A DNA stretch of 64,000 nucleotides from Octopus sinensis (GCF_006345805.1 NC_043000.1:158410001-158474000), one strand, 5' to 3'; shown: positions 25,435 to 38,483, counted from the first letter of the stretch. Numbers and translations are program-made. Notes: generated by a model not told the origin, from the sequence alone.

Positions 25435-28400
25435 TATATATATATATACATATTTTATATATATATATATATACACATACAACCATATATTCATATATGC
25501 ATAAATGTATTATTATACAACCTTACATGTACACGATCTACATCTACACACTGACCGCGCGCACATACATACTAACGCGCACACACACAAACACACACAA
25601 ATATATATATACCATCTCAGGATTGGAATAATTCTTGAGGCGATGTTGTACAAACGCTACACGAATTCTTTGCCATACTTTTTTCAACATAATGTAACTT
25701 CTAGGATTTTATGCCCTCGAACGACTAAAACCTAACAAAGAAAGCTAATACAGTCGTAATTACGAATAATATGACAGACGCGACTTCCAAAATTCAATTA
25801 AATAGTAATAATTATAATAAACAAGTCGTTTCGTTAAGTTCCTTAACTCGATTTTCGTTGTAAATAATCGTATTATGCCCCACACTCGTGTGATTATATG
25901 TCTTAAGTACAGCGAGTTAAATATAAAATATTACTGTCCTTTTTGCTCTTAATCATTACGCAACTTGTTTGTTATTTAGAATCAAGTGAACAACTCTGAA
26001 TGGTGTTATATATTGTAACAAACGTCGCAAAGAAGCGTATAAATTCATTAACCCATCGGTCAGTAAACTGATACGTTACAGATATATGTCAATGTGGTGT
26101 TTCTGTATATAAACTCAAGCTTAGGTATTTTGTGTTGGTAGGAATATAGTCAATTTAACTGCTCTCGCTGGTTAAGGCCACTTGTTATGTCTACCTCTGG
26201 ATGAAATTTTCTTTGTTCTAGAGATTAAAATGAGTATACAATTATTTCCTGCAGAAATATGTACGTGGAAGGCTTCATAATTGTTAACATGAAACCAATT
26301 GTAGTCTTAACCTATATATAAGGAATCCCTAACCACCAATACTATGTTGAATGTTCATTATCATTGTTTGATAATAATATGTATATTCACGGTTGAAGTG
26401 ACACATATTGGAAAAGTAAGACAATATGATTTTGTTTCATGAGAGAGCGATATGAATGGATACATTTCTGTCTTGATTTGAATCGGCATAATCCTGCTTC
26501 TCTCTAAAAGACCGGCTAATGGGTGGCAGAAATATAGATCATCCGCAAAACTACCGTTTTAGATTCGTATTCTATAAGCTAATTCAGGTTACTGGAAATA
26601 GTAGCGATAACTTCAGCAAATCTTAAATATATGTACATACGTGGGCATGTGTATGTGTATATGTTTATGTGTCTGAGAGAGAGAGAAAGAGAGAGAGAGA
26701 CTTACAGAGGGAGAGAGCGAGACAGACAGACAGAGGAAAAGAGAGAGAGGGAGAGAGTGTTTGTATGTATGTGTGTGTAGATGGGGTGATATGTACAAAA
26801 AGTGTCTAAAATACACCATGTTTGAATGAAAGTCGTATTTTTCAAATGTTCCTGTTTTGTCTACTCAGAAGTGACATGATGGTACAGAGCAACAAAACGA
26901 TCAAGATTGCATGTTCAACCGAATGTTCAAATGAAGATTCAACCGAGAATCAGATTCCGCTTTCTGCACAATTATTCATCAATTATTTTTGTCCTTTGAG
27001 CATAAACATATTTTGGGCTATGATAATCATAATTTCGAACACCTGCTATGTCTCTATTATTCATATCTACATTTATGGAAAATAACCTTGTGACAGGGCA
27101 AGAGATCAATATATATTATATCATTTTATAATAAGCCTATCTTTAATTCATTTTATATTAAATAAAATGAAATGTCTCAATATGTGTGTGCTGAATTTCT
27201 AAACTTCTGTTTACCATCAGCACATGACAATGAAATACTCTGTTTTGTTGATCTTTGTTTTAATTTTTAAAAAAACAAACTTGAAAGCCTGACTCTGCAG
27301 ACATTGTTATTCCGAAACGGATGTTTGGGTAAACAGTCGGAAGTAACTTAGATAATGGAAACACCGACTGAATTATACAGTCAAATATTTTTATGCTATA
27401 TATATTTATCTCAACACCCTCATATTTTAGATAACTTAGAGTAATTCAAAATAGATTTTATATTATTAGATTTTTATTAAATGTCACTTTGTTTTATGAT
27501 TTTTTTAAAAAAAGATGTTTTGTAATTAGTAGTTCATATAGTTTGCAAGTGTAAACATTTTTTTTATCATTCAATTAGATTTGCACATTTTTAGTACTAT
27601 GTTATCAACACGATGTTATACGGCAAATTAGCAATCTTGCAAGTTACGTGAATTATGAAATATTATCTTTATGAAACTCGCTTTTACTTAAATAAAAGAC
27701 CGTGAATAAATCATTTCAACAACAATTATAACCATTCTATATCTTAAAATTCATTATTTAAAATTTTGCGGTGATATAAATTTTCTTCAGCGTACTAAAT
27801 TTTGACACGTGTCAAAATCTTTGATATGAACCTTCCACACTTTGAATTCATATTTTTTACCTAACTTATGTAGCTGTTTTGCAAGTGAAATGCACTTATA
27901 TCTAGTGTAATATATTTATTATTCTTATTTACTTTTTTTCCCAGAGAAATGCATTTTTGAACATGTAGCATGCAAATATTCGTGTATAAGAGGTTATTGG
28001 TATATTCATATCATTTATCTAATTAGTATTCTGGAATTATTATCCTTGCTATTCAACAAAAAGATGCTAAAATTTTACAAGAGCTAAATGTCTTCAGAAA
28101 GACTTCAGTGGCCACTTAGATCAAGTAACTCAGATATACTTTATGCGGCAATTTTTATCAGAATACAACCTTGGAGGACAGCTGCAACGGTAGTCTCTGA
28201 TAACTAATGTCTAGTTAACCACCATTGTCATTACCAAACGTTGCCTTGCATTCAAGGAAATTTTATTCCTGAGAGATTTTGTTTCGTCCAATCTGATTAG
28301 AATAGTGAAGACTATTCTTGTAAAATAGTTACTTTAATCATCAAGACATGGGCACTGGATCCTGTTCCTTGATTTCATTATGGATTTATATTTTCATATA

Positions 28401-29160
28401 ACATACTTAATCATGTTGTGTTAAACATGAAAATAACGGTGATACATGAATCAATAAAGGAGTGTTGACGTGATTGCCCACACTGCTAAAAGTGTCAGCC
28501 AAATTCCCAGTTGTGATAAAATAGGTGGAAGACATTAGATAATAATGTGTTCTTCGATATACAGAATGACGAGTTGTTTAATGCTGGAATGCCTTTAATC
28601 GTAGTTGTGTTCAATCAACACTGAACCGAAGTTAAACAATAACAATGTTAGCAATAATCTGATACGCACAGAAATGTAATATAATGACAACACAGGCGGA
28701 GATCTTTGTAGTTTAGAATTGAGAACAGGATTTTATGTTTACATATCAGGTTGTTAACTGGTAATAACAGTAGAAACTGGTATTAGTCCAAAAGTTCCTA
28801 TTTCAACGAATCCTTTATGATTCTACAATAATAAAGAATTGTCAGGTAATGTTATAAATTTGCATTGAGTTATAGACTCATCGAAAACTGTGAAATTGTA
28901 ACGAAATAAGCAATATAGACATTAAAGTAGATGTTTCAGCAAAGCCACAGTAATGCCAAGACGAATAAATACACTACCGCAACAAAAGAAAACTATACAT
29001 GTTAAAGACAGTGAAAAAGTGGACATGTGCAAATAGTTCTACCTTATAAAAACCGCGATAACTGATATTTCAAGAAATCAGTTTTAAATATTTACCACTC
29101 TGAATATCTCAAATTACATCTTCAGCAAGATCAGCATTAAAACAATATAGAAAATGTAAA

Positions 29161-29950
29161 ATTAAGAAGAATGATAATGCAACGCAAAGAGGTAAGAGTA
29201 GAGAATATATTTTGTCAATGGACCGCACAAAAAAAGTGAGAGAGAACTCATTAATAAGGGTACAAACGCAACAACCATTAACAGCGTTACTGAAAAAAAC
29301 GACAGCAGAATTTTTAAACATTTGCATGAGACTCAAGGATTAGCAACCAAACTTCCATCAAATACCATCCTATTGTCTCAAAAGAATAAAAGAAACTTAT
29401 AGCCCTAGATACACTATGTTTGAAAAGTCGACTGAAAAGCGTTTGTTCATATACTTGTTCAATAATGCTACTAACAAAACCACTAACATCTTCTCCACTA
29501 CCAGCAAACGCACAAATCAGAGACTATGAAAATAGGTAACATCACACTTCCAACAATGACAGACATAATCTTTCAAAATATAAATACCACAACAAATATC
29601 GATATTCAGCATAACACTGAGAATTCATATTCTATTATGGCACTTCCAGAGAGTTATCACAAATCGGTATATGTAAGAAACACTCTTACGTATGAATTTT
29701 AACATAACATTATAAAGCCAGAAAGAACCTCATATATTTAAGGAACAATAACATTTCTTTCGGCCGGCGATCAAGTCCTTCTGAGGAGGAAGTGTTTGTC
29801 TACACTCAAGTTGTGGTGGAAGACACTTGTCTAACGTACCGCGCTCCAGGATCAGGAGGTGATTGCGAAGCTAATATTAAAACTAAATAACCGTGAGCGT
29901 GCCCTGTATGCACCAAGCCACATTCACATACACGCTCATATATTTTTATG

Positions 29951-29983
<33 letters not shown>

Positions 29984-31036
29984 TATATAATATGGGGGTG
30001 CGGGCGCGCGTGTGTGAAGATGTATGTCAAAAAAGGCATTACACTGCGTTTCGTTTTAGGATGATATGAATATAAGTTAAAACTTCCGAAATTTTATTTT
30101 TGATGCGCACAAAATTTAAGGGGTTANNNNNNNNNNNNNNNNNNNNNNNNNNNNNNNNNNNNNNNNNNNNNNNNNNNNNNNNNNNNNNNNNNNNNNNNNN
30201 NNNNNNNNNNNNNNNNNNNNNNNNNNATTAAGAAGAATGATAATGCAAATCTTACCATATGAAACCGCAAAGAGGTAAGAGTAGAGAATATTTTGTCAAT
30301 GGACACCGCACACAAAAAAGTGAGAGAGAAATCATTAATAAGGGTACAAACGCAACAACCATTAACAGCGTTACTGAAAAAAACGAACAGCGGAATTTTT
30401 AAACATTTGCATGAGACTCAAGGATTAGCAACCAAACTTCCATCAAATACCATCCTATTGTCTCAAAAGAATAAAAGAAACTTATAGCCCTAGATACACT
30501 ATGTTTGAAAAGTCGACTGAAAAGCGTTTGTTCATATACTTGTTCAATAATGCTACTAACAAAACCACTAACATCTTCTCCACTACCAGCAAACGCACAA
30601 ATCAGAGACTATGAAAATAGGTAACATCACACTTCCAACAATGACAGACATAATCTTTCAAAATATAATGACCACAACAAATATCGATATTCAGCATAAA
30701 TGAGGAATGAGAATTCTATTCTATTATGGCACTTCCAGAGAGTTATCACAAATCGGTATATGTAAGAAACACTCTTACGTATGAATTTAACATAACATTA
30801 TAAAGCCAGAAAGAACCTCATATATTTAAGGAACAATAACATTTCTTTCGGCCGGCGATCAAGTCTTCTGAGGAGGAAGGTTGTCTTACACTCAAGTTGT
30901 GGGTGGAAGACACTTGTCTAACGTACCGCGCTCCAGGATCAGGAGGTGATTGCGAAGCTAATATAAAACTAAATAACCGTGAGCGTGCCCTGTATGCACC
31001 AAGCCACATTCACATACACGCTCATATATTTTTATG

Positions 31037-31082
<46 letters not shown>

Positions 31083-31210
31083 GGGGTGCGCGCGCGCGTG
31101 TGTGAAGATGTATGTCAAAAAGTGCATTACACTGCGTTTCGTTTTAGGATGATATGAATATAAGTTAAAACTTCCGAAATTTTAATTTTGATGCGCACAA
31201 AATTTAAGGT
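29161..31210. other. ~1-kb near-identical direct duplication (29161-30126 vs 30227-31210) flanking a 100-N gap (30127-30226)
   Basis: The copies differ mostly by small indels and abut a fixed-length N gap, which is typical of uncollapsed contig overlap. Confidence 0.85.
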
Positions 31211-31689
31211 TATTTGGTGAAAATTAACTAATTGTTATCCTACTGGTAATTAGGATAAATAGTTACAAGCTATTATTCTCTTTTCGAGTGAAAATTAAAG
31301 ACAGTTGATCTCTGATGTGATGCTTATAAGCACTGTGAGTTATTAGATCAATTTCCTTTTCTGGGAAATGAAAGTAAAACTTTCATTAAAACCTTTCCAC
31401 AAATTCCGTTATGAAGTTGTGTGATGTGATATAAAAAAAAGAGGAAAAGACATGAGCTGTTAAATTATGTAGGTACGGTGCAATCGAATACAGTGAATGC
31501 ACCTGGTGGCATTGCTTCTATACCATTAAATATTACTGATCTGAGCGAGATCAAGTCCTCACCAAACACTCTAATCTGTTTACAAAAGTCTATCCTAAGC
31601 TTAATAATTACACAGAAATGTGTTGAACATCTAGTAATCTCCAACCTCTCTAACCCAAGTGGTTTCTCTATTCGTATTATTACAAATAT

Positions 31690-31870
31690 AGGCGCAGGAG
31701 TGGCTGCGTGGTAAGAAGCTTGCTTCGAAACCATATGGTGCCAGGTTCAGACCCACCTCGTGGCACCTAAGGCCCGAATCTATAGCATCTTCTACTACAG
31801 ATTCGGGACGACCAAGGCCTTGTGAGTAGATTTGGTAAACAGAAACTGAAAGAAGCCCTGTGCGTATATG
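31690..31870 (+). mobile_element. SINE family A, 5' half
   Basis: Starts GGCGCAGGAGTGGCTGCGTGGTAAGAAGCTTGC and continues to GAAACTGAAAGAAGCCC. Confidence 0.75.
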
Positions 31871-31921
31871 TATGTATATGTATGTATATATATATATATA
31901 ATTGTATAGATGTATGTATGT

Positions 31922-31965
<44 letters not shown>

Positions 31966-32392
31966 CATATAGATATATATATATATAGATATATATATAT
32001 ATATATATAATATATATATATATTATAATATATATACACTTTGATATTTGATCTTTGATAGGTTTCGGCCATTATGGCCCAGGCCATGTCTAACTTAAAA
32101 GCACCCCCCTGCATATATATATATATATATATAAATTATAATTAATATTGAGGAAATAAAATCCAAACTTACAAGGAAAAGAGTTCAATTTAGAAAAGCG
32201 AAATCAAATTTCACACAATATAATATATATAAAAATTAGAAAAAAACACCTTTTATCAATTTAAAATGAACAATTAAATTACACCATCCACAAAATTACA
32301 TATAACAGAAATATTAAATTTAAAATAACAATAAAATGTCAATAATAAGTAAATTGCAAAAGAATAATAAAAACGTATATAATTGGTAGAAT

Positions 32393-32480
32393 AAACGACA
32401 GTGTTTCGTAGCTATATTTAAGAAATGATTATAGTAATAGTGAAATCGCTTCGATATAAATATAGTCACTAATCAGGTTA
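32393..32480 (-). ncRNA. Degenerate type I hammerhead with long stem II
   Basis: Minus strand reads AAC-CTGATTA-GTGACTATATTT...AAATATAGCTAC-GAAA-CACTG-TC-GTT. Stem II pairs at 11 of 12 positions. The core has G8U. Confidence 0.5.
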
Positions 32481-32935
32481 AAATAAACTAGAACAATAAA
32501 ATAATTAATTAATAAATTTACTTTAATTATATATATATATATATGTAAAAAAAACTAAATATACATAAGTAAAAACTAAAATAATACTTAAATTATTAAA
32601 TACTTTAAAATTAAATAAAATACACAAAGCTAGTACAAGTCATTAAATTGTAATTAAAATAAGAAATGGTTCAAATATAGACAAACTCCTTAGATAAGCT
32701 AACCATATAATTATACATGTGTAGTATCTATAGATTTAATATAACAATCTATAACAAAGTTGATTAAATATCAAATAATATAATACCTAATTAACTTAAA
32801 ATTTAATATTCAATAATAAGCAACTACTAAGTAAATAATATATTGTCTGACGAAATTAATTCTTCAATTAAATTAAATGTAATACGTTAGATTCCTTTAT
32901 ATATATATGTATATATATATATATATATAGTAATA

Positions 32936-32977
<42 letters not shown>

Positions 32978-33763
32978 TTAAAAAAAAGATATATAAGATT
33001 AATATCTATCGTAACTTATAGTATCAATATATATAAAAAGATATAACGGCGAGAATAATATTAACATATGTGATCATTTTAATTTCGGAGAAGTGATGTC
33101 ACTTAATATAACAATGCTTAACAACGATAGGTGTTTCAAGTTTTTCAAACCAAAAAACAGTCATCTTAGTGCGATTTTAATCTTTGCTATTCTCATCTTC
33201 TTATTCCTCCGCTTCTTTGCGCTGCAACGTTAATAATTTCAACAAATTTCTTCTGGAAGCAAAAAAACAATATTCTAGAGAATTCTTAGATTCAAGAATT
33301 CCATAGTTATTGTTTCTTAGTAATTCCTTAAAATCTTTTGTAGCATTTTCGATGTTAGAACTGAATAACCAGTCTAATTGACCACTCTCACAAACAATAA
33401 AATAAGTAAGCAAAATATATAGGATTCATTTTATCGTATCCTCTTTAAACAATGGAAGCATGATTACATTTTTACAACTTTGTACGTTCTTCTTACGATA
33501 CAAGGTAGTCGTGAAGTTCTTTTATATGAGACCGACCGCCAAAGCGTGGATTTTAAGCAAAGGCACTTTAGTGCACGCACACACATGCACCCACTCAGGT
33601 TTGCGTATATATATGTGTGTGGTGGCGTGTGGTGTATATATATATCACATATGAATATATATATAATACATCGCAACACTTATATGGATATATATAGATA
33701 TATATAAAGATATATATTATACATATAACATATATACATAAAATATGCAAATATATACATATG

Positions 33764-33822
<59 letters not shown>

Positions 33823-33864
33823 ATAAACATATATATATATAAATATCTGTGTGTGTGCGAGCAT

Positions 33865-33970
33865 GTATGTATCTTTTTGTGCGTTTTTCTCCCACCACTG
33901 CTTGACAACCAATGCTGGATTGCTTACGTACCTGTAACTTAGCAGTTCTGGAAAAGAGTCAGTAGAATAT
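33865..33970 (+). mobile_element. SINE family A body fragment
   Basis: GCTTGACAACCAATGCTGG...GTAACTTAGCAGTTC matches the family A body. Confidence 0.6.
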
Positions 33971-34444
33971 ACGCATAATTTAAAAATAAGAAGTTCGTGA
34001 ATGTGATTCCTCAGCATGAGAGCATTCTAAAGAGCGAATGAAGTAAATGATAAGAGATTATATGTACGTATACGTTTTTTTTGTATGTTTGTGTGTATTA
34101 AGTAATGGATAACTACTAGAAGGAAGATATGAACTCTGCGTTTCTTTGAGTTTGTAAGATACTGTTCATCAATTTGATTCAAACGGTAGACCGCAGACGC
34201 ATTGTAGCATTACACACACATTTGTCCCTCTTAGCAATTAACCGTGCAAATGTCTACTGCAAATGTTCGTATTTGTACTTATTGCTATTTTACAGAAACA
34301 CACATACATACATACATGACACAAATTTAATGTTTGTTCCATAACCAAGGTTTCTTTATCTTCGCCTCATTTACATTCTGCTCTTCTTTTGCAGTCCTAT
34401 AAAACCTTGTGTTTCTATAAAAAGAAACAAATATTAATTTTTGA

Positions 34445-34499
<55 letters not shown>

Positions 34500-35022
34500 A
34501 TATATATATATATATATATCTGTGTGTGTATTTATACATACATAGATAGACATATATGCATATATATATATATATATACACATATATACATATATATACA
34601 AATATACATTATATACACACATATATATATATATACAAATATACATACTCACATACATATATATTATAGATAATATATAACACATATATACATACAAATA
34701 TATACATATACTTATACATACAAATATTATACATACATGTATATAATATATATATATATAAAACATATATATATATACATATAAATACATATATATATAT
34801 GTGGTCTGTATAAATATAAGGGATGGGTATTCTCAATATGTTATCACAGTGGCAAGTGAATTATCACCCGTAGAAGCAAATTAATTAAACGTATACCTAC
34901 AATATACGATATGTATTCACACACACACACACCACACAACAAAAAAATATATAATATATCTATATTATATATATTATATATATATATATACTATATATAT
35001 ATATATATAATCTATATATATA

Positions 35023-35633
35023 AATATTAAAATTACTAAGTCTCTCTAAAGGAGATTACGGCAGCGTTACTGGAAATTAATAGTTATAAATATAAGACTA
35101 AAGCTGTCGCTGATTAGCTCCATGAGGACACCGTCTCAAGCTAGCTATTTGACACACAAACTGCGTCCATTATAAACCTTCGAACAGGGGAGGTCAGCCG
35201 CCTCATCCTGCCAATCAGACAGCTACAGACATGTTTCAGGGTATTTGCCCTTTATATATGCAGCGTAGTCAGACCCAGCAGGTGCCGCTACTGACTGTCC
35301 CTGTTCGAAGAATCTATTTACCTAGTTTCAGTGGAATACATCCACTTGTTTTCAATAATAGAAATATTAAAATTACTAAGTCTCTCTAATGGAGATTACG
35401 ACAGCGTTACTGGAAATTAATAGTTATCCCTATACTAATATGGCAGTCTTATAAATATAAGACTAAAGCTGTCGCTGATTAGCTCCACGAGGCCACCGTC
35501 TCAAGCTAGCTATTTGACACACAAACTGCGTCCATTATAAACCTTCGAACAGGGGAGGTCAGCCGCTTCATCCTGCCAGTCAGACAGCTGCAGACATGTT
35601 TCAAGGTATTTGCCCTTTATCAATGCAGCGTAG
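35023..35633 (-). mobile_element. Tandem ~365-nt structured repeat (1.7 copies) with one hammerhead per unit, retrozyme/pLTR-like
   Basis: Units start at 35023 and 35363, and copy 1 lacks 25 nt. Hammerheads lie at 35222-35264 and 35587-35629, 365 nt apart. The array is embedded in (TA)n on both sides. Confidence 0.8.
35587..35629 (-). ncRNA. Type I hammerhead ribozyme with U3-A8 core variant
   Basis: Minus strand reads GCTGCA-TTGATAA-AGGG CAAATA CCTT-GAAA-CATG-TC-TGCAGC. Stem I is a perfect 6 bp, stem II is 4 bp, stem III is the palindrome ACATGT and the triplet is GUC. Confidence 0.75.
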
Positions 35634-35919
35634 TATATATATATATATACACAAGGGCACTATATGAGCAACTACGCAGCCAAACATAGAAATCAAAATA
35701 CCTATGTATCACAGAATAATCACAAATCTACGACAGGCTTGGTAGGATAAAATTGACCAAGTTGTCCAGTATTACTTGTGCTGACCTAGCAAAGGTACAG
35801 ACGTTTTGAATATTCACTAGACTTGTTCCTACCATGCGTTTCGTAGATTTGTAACTATTCTGTGGCACAGAAATATTTTTGACTTCTATTTTTAAAGGTT
35901 TAAGTGCTCATGTAGAACC

Positions 35920-36135
35920 CTCGAACCCCTCTGTCCGGCATTCGGCATGATAGATCGCTAGCCACTACACATTCTATATTTTCTCTCCTTATTTCTTTCT
36001 ATGTTCCTTTCTGTGGAAGAGAGTAGGCTCGAAACATTAAAGACTTTTTCACTTCCCGAGCGTTAAGCTAATACATCTCTTTGTTGTCTACACCACCTGT
36101 CTTCGTCTTTTATTTTTTTGCCTATTCTCACGATA
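35920..36135 (+). mobile_element. Penelope-like non-autonomous terminal element, family with CUGUNGA hammerhead motif
   Basis: Highly similar to 51265-51480. 36007-36042 reads CTTT-CTGTGGA-A-GAGA gtag GCTC-GAAA-ca-TT-AAAG. Confidence 0.65.
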
Positions 36136-36170
36136 TATATATACATACATATATATATATATATATAGAT

Positions 36171-36226
<56 letters not shown>

Positions 36227-36326
36227 AATATATATATATACATATATATACGACACAAAGCACAAAGGACGAATTAGTCATTAGACAAAATATATATTCA
36301 TATAGAAAAATATTATTCATGTAGAA

Positions 36327-36396
36327 ATATAATTAAGGGCTCCTAAATAAGGATGCCACGTGCTTGGCATCCTTATTTAGGAGCCCTTAATTATAT
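36327..36396. repeat. Perfect 32-bp inverted repeat with 6-nt loop
   Basis: ATATAATTAAGGGCTCCTAAATAAGGATGCCA-cgtgct-TGGCATCCTTATTTAGGAGCCCTTAATTATAT. Confidence 0.95.
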
Positions 36397-36927
36397 ATAT
36401 AATATATATATATATAATATATATATCTTTTAAATTGTATGATAAACGTTTTGAACATGGAAATAAAGCTCCTGTTTCATTATGCAGGCCGCTATCTAAT
36501 GATGCTGAGTGGTGAGCTAGTTTTCTTTTGAGCTTTCATCAAATTATACTGATATAACGTATGATAAGGGTAATAAATAGAACAATAATCCTTGGATGGA
36601 ATTTATATACATTTAATGCATCTCTACGCGCCTTTCCACAAATCACATGACTCCTAAGATGAGTGTTGTATTCCTGGGATAATTGCAGTGAAGTCCGTAG
36701 TATCCGTGGGCATTCCGTTGATCATCTTCATTAATTCATTTCTTCAGGTGATAAAACAGTAGCTGATGTACAACAAAGGGATGCTTATCACTTTTTATAA
36801 GTATGAAGGTCAAGCGAGTTTTGTGGGCATTTATGTTATTACTGTTATGATATATATATATATATATATATATCATAACATATGATATATATATCACAAC
36901 ATATGATATATATATATATATCATAAC

Positions 36928-37316
36928 AAGAGTGGTTGTGTGGTAAGTAGCTTGTTTACCAGCCACATGGTTCCGTGTTCAGTCCCACTGCGTGGCACCT
37001 TGGGCAAGTATCTTCTACTATAGCCTCGGGCCGACCAAAGCCTTGTGAGTGGATTTGGTAGACGGAAACTGAAAGAAGCCCGTCGTATATATGTATATAT
37101 ATATATGTATGTGTGCGTGTATGTTTGTGTGTCTGTGTTTGTCCCATCCAACATCACTTGACAACAGATGCTGGTGTGTGTATGTCCCTGTCACTTAGCG
37201 GTTCGGCAAAAGAGATCGATAGAATAAGTACTGGGCTTACAAAGAGTTGCTCGATTAAAAGCGGTGCTCCGGCATGGCCGCAGTCAAATGACTGAAACAA
37301 GTAAAAAAGTAAAGAG

Positions 37317-37318
<2 letters not shown>
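36928..37318 (+). mobile_element. SINE family A, near full length
   Basis: tRNA-like head, CCTTGGGCAAG, internal microsatellite and tail GCATGGCCGCAGTCAAATGACTGAAACAAG. Confidence 0.9.
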
Positions 37319-37354
<36 letters not shown>

Positions 37355-37409
37355 GGGTGTGTGTGTGTAAATATATATATGAATGTGTGTGGAAAAAATA
37401 TAAGCAAAT

Positions 37410-37740
37410 ATATTATTGAAAAATGCACCTAAATTTGTAATTGTTTAAATATGTTTACCTACATATACGCCGAACTAGTTTCTAGAATATTTTTTGATTA
37501 TCCATGGTAAACATATCAAATTATGAAATAGAAAAACATCTTTAAAAGTTTCAATTTGTCTGTTGTGAAGATTTAAATTTGTCAACATTGAAAGTTTTAA
37601 AGATGTTTTCCTAATTCATAAGTTTAAATTTTTACCATTGATAAACAGAAAATATTGTTGAAACTACTTTGGTATATATGTAAATAAATTTATTTTAAAC
37701 AAACACAAGTTTTTCACATTTAGGTTCAACAACAAATTTC
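37410..37740. mobile_element. AT-rich imperfect foldback element (MITE-like)
   Basis: The arms pair over more than 100 bp, e.g. AAAACATCTTTAAAAGTTTCAAT / ATTGAAAGTTTTAAAGATGTTTT and ATGGTAAA / TTTACCAT. The centre is near 37570. Confidence 0.6.
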
Positions 37741-37798
37741 TCTCTCTCTCTCTCCTCTCTCTCTCTCTATATATATATATAATATATATATATATATA

Positions 37799-37840
<42 letters not shown>

Positions 37841-37870
37841 TTGTTGATAAACCTAAATTTGAAAAACTTG

Positions 37871-37908
<38 letters not shown>

Positions 37909-37909
37909 T

Positions 37910-38409
37910 ACTAGCAGTATCGCCCGGCGTTGCTCGGATTTGTAAGGGAAATAACTATATAAGCATTTTTAGAGAGTTATTTCCCTTATAGATGCCAATT
38001 CGGGCTTTCTTAGCCATTTCTGTTTTGGTGTCTTCAAGCCATGAAGTCGTTGTTCTAAAAGAACGCTGGTCTCCTTGGCAACGCTTTACGACCTTGATTT
38101 CCTTACACTCCCTTCCTCACAGCTTCACGAGGGAGGGAAGAAGGGGGAGAAGCAAACAGGTGCAGGTGTGACCATGGACGCCAACTCCGCCGCCATAGAC
38201 ACACGAAAAATTATGCATTAAAATGGAATAAAAATTATGTTAAATTATTTTTAAAATCGTAGACTCAGCGTAGACGCGCGCTAATAGCCAGACGGGCTCG
38301 ATATGAATCACGACTATAAGATACCTGAATTTGATTAAACTGCACCGCAAAATGGGGAGTAGTTAGGAATCTAAATCGAAGGGGACAGACACTCACACAA
38401 CTACAGTTC

Positions 38410-38420
<11 letters not shown>
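37910..38420 (+). mobile_element. Non-autonomous Helentron/HINE-like element, copy 1
   Basis: The terminus TACTAGCAGTATCGCCCGGCGTTGCTCGG resembles HINE/DINE-1-type ends. The other end is GACAGACACTCACAC...TTCTATATATA. There is no coding capacity. Confidence 0.7.

Positions 38421-38483
<63 letters not shown>

Noticed and set aside
25822-25862. Minus-strand GTTAAG/CTTAAC stem followed by GAAAC
   Set aside because: There is no CUGANGA-like core upstream.
29785-29845. CTGAGGA followed by a 7-bp stem
   Set aside because: It lacks GAAA and any stem I pairing.
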